This document shows, piece by piece, positions 9,515-17,269 of a DNA stretch of 64,000 nucleotides. A program made the translations under genes and the position numbers. Below the pieces are notes generated by a model. The model saw only the letters and a program-made list of their open reading frames with translations. It was not told the DNA's origin and did no database searches. The DNA is taken from the NCBI GenBank assembly GCA_965198115.1, contig OZ240241.1, positions 1,216,001 through 1,280,000 on the forward strand, in the 5' to 3' direction. The DNA is from Candidatus Latescibacterota bacterium (lineage in GTDB: Bacteria > Latescibacterota > UBA2968). Each line of letters begins with the position of its first letter. Positions within the stretch are counted from its first letter, which is position 1.

Positions 9515-10278
9515 GAGAATCCCAACTCCTCTTCGGTCATCGTCAGGATTTCCGGCTCGCCATCGGTGACGGCGACGACGTGCTCAAAATGAGCGGAAGG
9601 TTGACCGTCCGCGGCCGAGGCGGTCCACCCATCGTCAGCGACACGAACCTCAGGTCCACCCAGGTTCACCATAGGCTCGATCGCAAGAACCATCCCCGCA
9701 CGAAGTCTGGGGTTCCGATCCAAGGGCACGTAGTTAGGAACAGGCGGGTCTTCGTGGAGATTTCGTCCGATACCGTGTCCGACGAACTGGCGAACGATGG
9801 AGAATCCGTTCGCTTCAACGCACGCCTGTACTGCTCCGCTGATGTCGGCCAGACGCCCCTTTGCCCTGGCACCGTCGATCCCCTCGAAAAGCGATTTTCG
9901 AGTCACCGTAAGCAGATGACCGACCTCAGCGTTGACGTCTCCGACGGGTAACGTGATGGCCTGGTCACCAAAATAACCCTTCAATTTTGCCCCGATGTCT
10001 ATGCTGACGATATCGCCAGATTCCAACACTCGATCATCCGGGATGCCGTGAACGACAACCTCGTTGACAGAGATACAGGCTGTCGCGGGGTAGCCGTGGT
10101 AGCCTTTGAAAGCCGGCTCGGCTCCAGCTTCGACCACGGCTTTTTCGGCGATCGAATCGAGTTCACGCGTCGAGACGCCTGGTTGCACCAGCTCTCGCAG
10201 GGCCTGATGTGCGGCACCCACGACCCTGCAGCTGTTGCGGATCAGCTCGAATTCACGTGGTGTTCGTAAGGCTATCAT
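9511..10278 (-). CDS. map: Methionine aminopeptidase type I
   Basis: CISVNEVVVHGIP, GDIVSIDIG, GHGIG..LHEDP, AIEPMV, SAHFEH. Confidence 0.97.
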   Translation of the reverse strand: MIALRTPREFELIRNSCRVVGAAHQALRELVQPGVSTRELDSIAEKAVVEAGAEPAFKGYHGYPATACISVNEVVVHGIPDDRVLESGDIVSIDIGAKLKGYFGDQAITLPVGDVNAEVGHLLTVTRKSLFEGIDGARAKGRLADISGAVQACVEANGFSIVRQFVGHGIGRNLHEDPPVPNYVPLDRNPRLRAGMVLAIEPMVNLGGPEVRVADDGWTASAADGQPSAHFEHVVAVTDGEPEILTMTEEELGFS

Positions 10279-10362
10279 TCTGTTAGTTCAATTAATTCAA
10301 CCGAGCCTTAAACATAATAAACAGTCGTAGTCTGGAATAGTGGATTCCCTATTTAGGGCCCC

Positions 10363-10393
10363 AAACAGAAAAGGGCGGCATAGGCCGCCCCTT
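10363..10393 (-). terminator. Intrinsic terminator after the metalloprotease gene
   Basis: GGGCGGC-ATAG-GCCGCCC hairpin followed on the minus strand by TTTTCTGTTT. Confidence 0.7.
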
Positions 10394-10417
10394 CGTTTCA
10401 CATCCGTCAACGATCTC

Positions 10418-12034
10418 TCAAAGCTTGTCACCGAAACGGCTCGAAAACTTGATGAAATCGGAAAACTCAATCCTGCCGTTGGCATCCAGGTCGTGTCTCT
10501 CGTTGTGACCTTCGGCCCCAGTCTTTCCAAAGGACTCCGCAAAACCCAAGAAATCGGGGAAGCCAACCTCTCCATCACCGTCGAAATCTGCGACCAGATC
10601 AGACCACGCCTGAACGGTCGAGGTCGACAGAACGGAAAAGTCGACAGAAAACTGTGTTCCACTGGGCGAAATCACCATCGGTATGACCACGACCTCATCG
10701 TAAACCCCCACCTCCGGAATCTCGATGATCTGCCCGGAAGGCCGGAGAATGTCGATCCCAGTAGCCGTTACTAGGATGACCACAACATCCCAGGTTGCCC
10801 TATCGTCTAAGTCGAGTGTGACGCGAAGCCCTGTGGATAGACCCTGAGTCTGAATTTGTATATGGGTGGCGCCAAAGTGATCGACTCGCTCGAAATCGCT
10901 TGTCTCTACCTCCTCGGTCGGTCGGATGGTTGTGATTTTCCCATCTCCGAAGGAACTGCCCTCCTCGTGGAAACCGCCTCTATGCCGGGTCCCCGTAAAA
11001 TAGTTCCAGATGGCGAAGCGTGGATAAACACCAGGAAATCCTCCCGGCAAGGCTAACTCAATATCGACGATGTCGTAGGACGACGGCGTGCGAGTCGCGA
11101 GTGATTCCCAGGTGGCTTTGATCGTTTCAGGTCCGTATACATCTGCCACATAAAGGCTAAAGAGCGAGGCCCCAAATGGACGCAGGCTGCCGAAGCTGAA
11201 AAAATCGAGAGAAGCTTCAGGATCGTCCAAGTAGATTCGCACATAAATGAAGTAGTCGTTCACGTCGTCGTATGCCACATCCTCCATCCACGTCGCAGTC
11301 GCCTCCTGCCACCACCCGGAATCGAAGGGGGCAAAGTAGGCAAATTGGATCGCGTGATAGAATTCGTGCGCGGCGGTCACCTGGACGGCGTCTGTTCCGC
11401 GGGTGAAGTAGATGTTGTCCGTGAAATTGTTGTCGATCTCTGCATAGGATGCGGTTGTTGTTCCCCCCGGATCGGGCCAGGTCAGCCCGTAGACACCCGT
11501 GTTGCCAAGGTTCTTGATGTAGACATCGCTACGGCCGTCGCTGTCTCCGATCGGCTCGCGATAGCCCAACTGCGTGATTTCGAGGTCCCACACGTCCTCA
11601 TAGGTCTTCGCGACGAGGTCGACATAGTCGGGGATCCCGTTGCCGTCGTCGTCGAAATGAGCGACGGCGTGAGTTCCGGTCGTGTCGAAGTGGATCTCGA
11701 AGTGATCGTTTTGGGAAACGATCGTTCGCTGTCTCGCCTGTCTTTGAAACAACCTGGACAGCTTGGCTTGAGTGGCCTTGCTCAGCCGTCCCCAATTCGC
11801 GGAGATCTCAGAGGTCAGGACCGTGCCGCATTTGATAGGTCCGTGCGCGCCGTGGTCCGGCACCCCAGTTTCGCGCAGGATAAAACGGCTTCCGACCTGA
11901 TCGATCGCATGGTCGGGATCAACCAATGCCAGCGCACGCCGGATCAGGTCATCCTGGCTTGCGGGGTCCAGTAAGGAAGTCTGTGCGAAGGCCGAACTCG
12001 TGAGGCAGAAAAGCAGGAGGAACCGGAGGATCAA
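10418..12034 (-). CDS. Secreted putative zinc metalloprotease (MXAN_6640-like) with C-terminal dockerin/EF-hand repeat
   Basis: TTG start overlaps the upstream TGA. Signal peptide (LLLFCLTSSAFA), AAHEFYHAIQ (HExxH), WWQEATATWME, and two DxDxDGxxxFxDF repeats at the C-terminus. Confidence 0.75.
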   Translation of the reverse strand: MILRFLLLFCLTSSAFAQTSLLDPASQDDLIRRALALVDPDHAIDQVGSRFILRETGVPDHGAHGPIKCGTVLTSEISANWGRLSKATQAKLSRLFQRQARQRTIVSQNDHFEIHFDTTGTHAVAHFDDDGNGIPDYVDLVAKTYEDVWDLEITQLGYREPIGDSDGRSDVYIKNLGNTGVYGLTWPDPGGTTTASYAEIDNNFTDNIYFTRGTDAVQVTAAHEFYHAIQFAYFAPFDSGWWQEATATWMEDVAYDDVNDYFIYVRIYLDDPEASLDFFSFGSLRPFGASLFSLYVADVYGPETIKATWESLATRTPSSYDIVDIELALPGGFPGVYPRFAIWNYFTGTRHRGGFHEEGSSFGDGKITTIRPTEEVETSDFERVDHFGATHIQIQTQGLSTGLRVTLDLDDRATWDVVVILVTATGIDILRPSGQIIEIPEVGVYDEVVVIPMVISPSGTQFSVDFSVLSTSTVQAWSDLVADFDGDGEVGFPDFLGFAESFGKTGAEGHNERHDLDANGRIEFSDFIKFSSRFGDKL

Positions 12035-12702
12035 GCAGCCTCCACGACGTAGATGTGGTGGGCGACCTCGAGTCCGAGGGCGTGCTGGTCGCCTGACGTG
12101 ACCGCGACGAGCAGAGGCCCGTTGAAGGGGGCCCGTTCGCGAATCTCGACGGTCGCGGCCGGGACAAGGCCCAAGTCTTCCATATACCTGAGCATATTGG
12201 GATCGTGATCGCTCACGTGTCTGATTTGCACACGCTTCCCGACGCTGATTTCCGAGAGTCGGCACGTGTTTTCTCTGTGGATGCTTCCATCCTTGGCGGG
12301 GATCGGGTCACCGTGCGGGTCGATGGTCGGATAGCCCATGGCCTTGTCGATCCGATCCTCGAAATCTTCGGATATGACGTGTTCGAGTCGGTCGGCTTCC
12401 GCGTCGACTTCGTCCCAGGAATAGCCGAGCGTGTCCATCAGGTATCGCTCGAGCAAGCGGTGGTGACGGACCACCTCCAGTGCTGCCTTTTCGCCCGCGT
12501 CGGTCAACGCCACGCCTTTGTAGGGTGTGTGACGCACGAGGTTCATCTCTGCCAGCTTTTTGAACATGCTCGTCACCGATGCCGCAGCGACGCCCATCGT
12601 CTCGGACAAGAGCGTGGTGTTCACCGAGCCGTCTGCACCGTGACCGTTTTGCAGTTTGTAAATGGTTTTGAGATAATCCTGAACTGAGTGGCTTATCGCC
12701 AT
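12031..12702 (-). CDS. DtxR/MntR-family metal-dependent repressor with C-terminal FeoA/SH3 domain
   Basis: SVQDYLKTIY, RHHRLLERYL, EADRLEH, DPHGDPIP, FeoA-like C-terminus. Confidence 0.92.
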   Translation of the reverse strand: MAISHSVQDYLKTIYKLQNGHGADGSVNTTLLSETMGVAAASVTSMFKKLAEMNLVRHTPYKGVALTDAGEKAALEVVRHHRLLERYLMDTLGYSWDEVDAEADRLEHVISEDFEDRIDKAMGYPTIDPHGDPIPAKDGSIHRENTCRLSEISVGKRVQIRHVSDHDPNMLRYMEDLGLVPAATVEIRERAPFNGPLLVAVTSGDQHALGLEVAHHIYVVEAA

Positions 12703-12774
12703 GCGCAACCTCGTTTCAACCGAAAACCATACGTCAATCCCCAGCGGGGGTCAACCGGCCGGCCCAAAACTCGA

Positions 12775-13674
12775 TCAGGGATGAAGACTTCGCTCTGTTC
12801 CACGCACGAGGGCCTCGATGTTCATTCGCACGGCCCCCACGTACGTCTCAGCCCCGGTAGCCCGGTCGCCCAGCGCATCGGTGTAGAGCGCTCCACCGTC
12901 CTCCGCGCGGCTTCCCTCTGCCTCACACGCCTCGAGAAGACGTCCAATCATCTTTGGCGACACGTGACTTTGGGTGAAGACACTCTTGGCGCCGTGTTCA
13001 ACGAGCCAGTCCACGAGCCGATCGACGTCCCGGTTGGATGCACCACGAAGCCCCTCGACTTTCCAATCGTAGGCTCGATTGAAATACACGAAAGCATCGT
13101 GAACCGTCCCGGCAGCCCTCCGGCCCACGGGAACGTCTGCGACCCTCGACTCGACCCAATGGTGAAGCGTATCGAGACGTGCCCGGTAGCGTTCTCCATT
13201 CAGCTTGAAGTCGCCGAAATCCGTCGGACGGATTTCAGAGAGCGCGGCCACCACCGGGCCGACAGCCTCCTTCCAGAGGGAAACATCGAACCAGATGTGG
13301 GGGTCGGGACTGCCTAACGGCTGGGATCTTTTCAGCAATCGATCCGCCGGTACGTCCTTCGCAACTGAGACGACCTTTTTCGTTTTCCCGATCCGCTCGA
13401 AGGTCGCTGCCAGTTCTCTTTCAAACCCCAGGCCGTGGTAGAAAACCACATCCGCCCGGTCGAGAACATCGACATCGGTGGTCGTCGCAACGTAGGTGTG
13501 TGGGTCGACGCTCCGCCCGATCAGGACTCGGATTTCAACAGCATCTCCCCCGACGTTGGCGACAAGGTCACCCACCAGACCGGTCGAGCAGACGACCTGC
13601 AACCTTTGACCCGTTCCGGCCACGTATTCGCCACACGCCGTAAGGAAAAGCGCCGCCCAGAAGACGAGATGCAC
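12775..13674 (-). CDS. TroA/MntA-type metal ABC transporter substrate-binding lipoprotein
   Basis: Lipobox LTAC; DPHTY, DPHIW, HDAF and YTDALG give a His/His/His/Asp site. Start approximate. Confidence 0.85.
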   Translation of the reverse strand: MHLVFWAALFLTACGEYVAGTGQRLQVVCSTGLVGDLVANVGGDAVEIRVLIGRSVDPHTYVATTTDVDVLDRADVVFYHGLGFERELAATFERIGKTKKVVSVAKDVPADRLLKRSQPLGSPDPHIWFDVSLWKEAVGPVVAALSEIRPTDFGDFKLNGERYRARLDTLHHWVESRVADVPVGRRAAGTVHDAFVYFNRAYDWKVEGLRGASNRDVDRLVDWLVEHGAKSVFTQSHVSPKMIGRLLEACEAEGSRAEDGGALYTDALGDRATGAETYVGAVRMNIEALVRGTERSLHP

Positions 13675-13696
13675 CGGAGGCCCTGCCGCGAGAGGG

Positions 13697-14842
13697 TCAG
13701 AAATACGTCGCCACGCTGAAGAGGACGCCGGCGCTACGTGCGAGGACATTGAACCTGTCGTGGGACCAGCTCTTGAAATAGTCGAGTTTGAACACCGATT
13801 CAGCGGTCGGACGGAAGTTCAGACCCACCGTCCATTTCCGAACGTCGTCCCCTTCGAGATCTCTGTCAAAATCGACCCGATCGAACCGAACGACCGCTTC
13901 GAAGTAACTCTGAGGCAAGTTCGCCATCTTGCCCTTCAAAAAACTTCGGCTCCCCTGAAGATAGTAGCCATCCTGGGCTTCGGCAAAGATGCTACCAGCT
14001 AGCCCAGCCGGAAGATCGATCGAGGCACGTGCGTATTCTCCTTCGATCGCGTATAGGCCCCTCTCCGCAGATCCGTCCAGAGCCAGAATCCGAAGGTCGC
14101 GGGAATCGTCTACGTCGAGGTCCTCGAGACGGCTTTTGTTGTATTGCCCCACGTGCCACGACACGCCGATCTCGGCGCCGGGTCGCGGGCTTGCAGCCAC
14201 CCGACCCGCAACGGCAAGGCTGTTATTGTTGTCTTCGAAATTCTGACGGCCGGACGCGATGCGTGTTCCTTCATCGCTTTCCTCGACGATCCCCCCGTGG
14301 AACCCGTTCACGGCGTATAACTCGTAGGTCAGTCTGGACGAGGGATTCGGGAATAAAGCACCGAATACGCCCGCTCCGGGCTCCGAGAGAGCGGTCGGGA
14401 TGATCTCCGTACTCGCGAGAGGACGATCTACCAGCTTGTTGGCCGGGCTGTCGTGCGCAAGGTTGAACCGCCCGAGGGGCGTGAGGATCATGCCTCCGCG
14501 AAAGGAGAGGGAGGGATGCAATTCGAAATCGAGTACCGCGAGTTCGAGCAGAATCTCCTCCGTTCCTTCCTCGAATTCCAGCTCGGCGGCCATTCGAAAG
14601 CGGCTGGATACCACAGCGTGGAAGAAGACGTTGAAGCGTTTCGGCACGAACGTTCTTTCCTCTATGACACCTTCTTCCTCTTCATAGCGAAAGTGGGCTT
14701 CTGTATATCCACCCACAGAAACACGACCCGACCCCGTTCGGAACAAGTGGGGTTTGTCGTAGGCTCCACCCTTGACGAACGGTCGGTCCTCCTCGGCCCT
14801 CGCCACGCTCGTCATCATCAAAAAGACAATCACGTAAATCAC
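13697..14842 (-). CDS. Outer-membrane porin-like beta-barrel
   Basis: GTG start overlaps the Rieske stop; signal peptide, beta-strand pattern, terminal aromatic residues (ATYF). Confidence 0.7.
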   Translation of the reverse strand: MIYVIVFLMMTSVARAEEDRPFVKGGAYDKPHLFRTGSGRVSVGGYTEAHFRYEEEEGVIEERTFVPKRFNVFFHAVVSSRFRMAAELEFEEGTEEILLELAVLDFELHPSLSFRGGMILTPLGRFNLAHDSPANKLVDRPLASTEIIPTALSEPGAGVFGALFPNPSSRLTYELYAVNGFHGGIVEESDEGTRIASGRQNFEDNNNSLAVAGRVAASPRPGAEIGVSWHVGQYNKSRLEDLDVDDSRDLRILALDGSAERGLYAIEGEYARASIDLPAGLAGSIFAEAQDGYYLQGSRSFLKGKMANLPQSYFEAVVRFDRVDFDRDLEGDDVRKWTVGLNFRPTAESVFKLDYFKSWSHDRFNVLARSAGVLFSVATYF

Positions 14843-15270
14843 GATTGGGTTCCTCCGGAATGAAGTTCGATCTGAAGTACGTCGTCTATGACTCGATTGG
14901 CGTAGGTTCGTAAAGCTTTGGTCGCTGGGCCGTGCGTAACAACGCCGGCCCAAGTGAACGAGGAACCGTGGCACGGGCAGACGAGGCCTTTGCCAACGCT
15001 GCGAATCGTGCAGCCAAGGTGCGAACAGATAGCCGAAACGACTGCAAACATCCCGTTCTCCATACGTGCTACGAGCAAGGGTACGCCGTCCTCCCCGACT
15101 CGCAGCATAACCGGCCGGTCGTTTTGTAGCTCGGCCACGTCGGCGAGCGGCACCTCCACGCGTCCCCGGTGTCCCATCACGTCGAATACGGTAATACCGG
15201 CGCAGGCACTCGTTGCCACCGCGCTACCCACCGTAGATACAAAGCCTCGCCTGGTCATTGTGTGCCTCAA
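14839..15270 (-). CDS. Tat-exported Rieske [2Fe-2S] protein
   Basis: TRRGFV twin-arginine signal; CSHLGC and CPCHGS motifs. Confidence 0.9.
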   Translation of the reverse strand: MRHTMTRRGFVSTVGSAVATSACAGITVFDVMGHRGRVEVPLADVAELQNDRPVMLRVGEDGVPLLVARMENGMFAVVSAICSHLGCTIRSVGKGLVCPCHGSSFTWAGVVTHGPATKALRTYANRVIDDVLQIELHSGGTQS

Positions 15271-16472
15271 AGCGAGTTCAGGTAAGCCAGTACGTTCTCG
15301 CGATCGGCCTCGGATAAACCGACGTAACCATCACGCGCCGCATCCGCTTCCCCACCGTGCAGGCGGATGGCTTCGTCTACACTCGTCGCACGGCCATCGT
15401 GTAGGTAGATAGCCTCTCCACCGAGCGCGTCTGGCGCCAAACGTAGACCCCACAAAGGTGCCGTTCGCCATTCAAAGCCATTGGCGGTTCCGTCCGCCCT
15501 GCCATCGGCGAGGCCCGGGCCCATGTCGTGGAGCAGGAGGTCCGAGTACAGATGTGCCTCCTGCCGATCGAGTGCGGGAGTGGCGTTCGGCCCAGTGGTG
15601 AGCGTGGGGACGTGACAGGCGGCGCATCCGATCTGCATAAAGAGTGTGCCTCCTGCAGCCGATTCGGGGGTCGAAGGGCCCGTCGCCGGCGGAGCGAGAA
15701 GCCGGACATAGGCGACCACATCGCCCACTTCGAAGCTGGGGACCTCGGGATCGGGCACGCCATCGGCGATCGTACCCACACCGGCGCCTGGATGGATCGG
15801 TTCTTCGGGACGAAAGTCAGTGGTGATGCCCATGTCCTGCTGGTAAGCGTTGGCTACCTGCTCGAGTAAAGAAGAAATGTTCGCTTTTCGCCCAAACCTT
15901 CCAATAGCCTGACCCGGCCCGGCTCCTACCGTGCCCGATGGCACGAAATCAGCGGGTTCGACATAGTTGATCCGACCCGATATCCCATCTCCGTCCAAAT
16001 CGTCCGGGTCTTCAAGCGCCGTCAGCACGGCCTCAGGGACACCCTCGATCAGACCCATGCCGAACACCGCTGGCGCCGTCCGATCCGAAGTCTCGGCCCC
16101 GGCAGGAATCGTCTCGGGTTCGACGCCGGGAATGGCTCTGTTCTGTTGTTGGGGGCCGCCGAGCTCTGGAACCAAATCCCCCCCGATGCTGAAGCGGGTC
16201 AGGCTGCTAGCAAGGGATCCCCTCCCATCGCCAGGGTGGCAGGTTTCGCAGCTTGGCTGGTTGAAGAGAGGTCCCAGCCCGTCCGATATCGTAAAAACAC
16301 GCTCGAACTGCTCGTCGCCTCGCGCGAACGACGCGAGTAGCCCGGGAGAAACGTCGAGCGGTGCGTCGAGAGTTTCGCCCTCCGGGGGCGGGCTTGTCAG
16401 CAGCGAGTCTCTACACGCCACCAACAGACCTACGAGAAACAGAAGCCTCAGCCAATCTTTTTGACCAGACAT
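15267..16472 (-). CDS. Di-heme oxidoreductase (DHOR) family lipoprotein
   Basis: Lipobox LVAC; DGLGPLFN..SCETCH, DPDDLDGDGISGR, GRFGRKA, GCAACH, YSDLLLHDMG, WRTAPLWG, YLHDGRA. Confidence 0.9.
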   Translation of the reverse strand: MSGQKDWLRLLFLVGLLVACRDSLLTSPPPEGETLDAPLDVSPGLLASFARGDEQFERVFTISDGLGPLFNQPSCETCHPGDGRGSLASSLTRFSIGGDLVPELGGPQQQNRAIPGVEPETIPAGAETSDRTAPAVFGMGLIEGVPEAVLTALEDPDDLDGDGISGRINYVEPADFVPSGTVGAGPGQAIGRFGRKANISSLLEQVANAYQQDMGITTDFRPEEPIHPGAGVGTIADGVPDPEVPSFEVGDVVAYVRLLAPPATGPSTPESAAGGTLFMQIGCAACHVPTLTTGPNATPALDRQEAHLYSDLLLHDMGPGLADGRADGTANGFEWRTAPLWGLRLAPDALGGEAIYLHDGRATSVDEAIRLHGGEADAARDGYVGLSEADRENVLAYLNSL

Positions 16473-16513
16473 ACGTCCTCCGCAGAAATAGTTTTTGTAT
16501 CTCGATAACAGAA

Positions 16514-16529
16514 TTTAGATTAACCTAAA
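16514..16529. promoter_or_regulatory. Palindromic DtxR/MntR-type operator
   Basis: TTTAGATTAACCTAAA is 14/16 self-complementary, lies in an AT-rich patch about 40 bp upstream of the DHOR start, and resembles the TTAGG..CCTAA DtxR-family box. Confidence 0.7.
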
Positions 16530-16604
16530 AATAGAAGAAGACAAATAAAAACAAAGGTTCTTTAGGCACTTAGAAACCCTTGCTCGAGGGTCATCGAAAC
16601 CTGG

Positions 16605-17123
16605 TTAACGTTCGCCTACTTCCTCCTTCTCCTCTTCCTGGACCACCTTGCCTTCTCGATCCCAAAAGGCTTCTCGAAACGAGCGTGGCAATTCCTGGTT
16701 AGATAGAAGATGTTCCAAAAAACGCAGGAGAGTCTCGGTTGTTTCCTCGCTCAATAGATGTTCGACCTTGCACGCGTCGATCTCAGCTTGTCGAGAATCG
16801 ACCTTTAGCACGTCGTTGAGAAACGTCCTCACGATCTTCCGCTTCGACAGAATCCCATCGACGATCTTCTGCCCCTCAGTAGAGAGACGTAAAAACTTGT
16901 TCTCGTCCTCCAGCACGTAATCTTTCTGCCGAAGCGCTTTGAGCGTGAGCGAGGCGCTTCCGCGCGTGATCTGAAGGTGCCGCGCGACATCGGACACACG
17001 GGCATACCCGTGCTGCAACGTGAGCTCTCCGATGGCGGCGAGATGGTGTGCCACGCTGTGCGAGATCTCGTTACTCTCGTATTCCTTCCACACCTCGCCG
17101 GATGTCATTCGATCTTCGGCCAT
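16605..17123 (-). CDS. Second DtxR-family metal-dependent regulator (no FeoA domain)
   Basis: ARVSDVARHLQITRGSASLTLKAL helix-turn-helix; AEIDACKVEHLLS dimerisation/metal helix. Confidence 0.85.
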   Translation of the reverse strand: MAEDRMTSGEVWKEYESNEISHSVAHHLAAIGELTLQHGYARVSDVARHLQITRGSASLTLKALRQKDYVLEDENKFLRLSTEGQKIVDGILSKRKIVRTFLNDVLKVDSRQAEIDACKVEHLLSEETTETLLRFLEHLLSNQELPRSFREAFWDREGKVVQEEEKEEVGER

Positions 17124-17269
17124 ATTCACCCTTTCTCTCAACATATAGATAACGGCGGGGGTCCGTCAACCCTAGTGCCGCAGAGCGCTTGCCCCTTGAC
17201 TTGCGAACCGCCCCTTGATTCATTCTGCCTGCTTGCGGACGCCCTCCGCCCACCGAAACGGAGCCCCCT

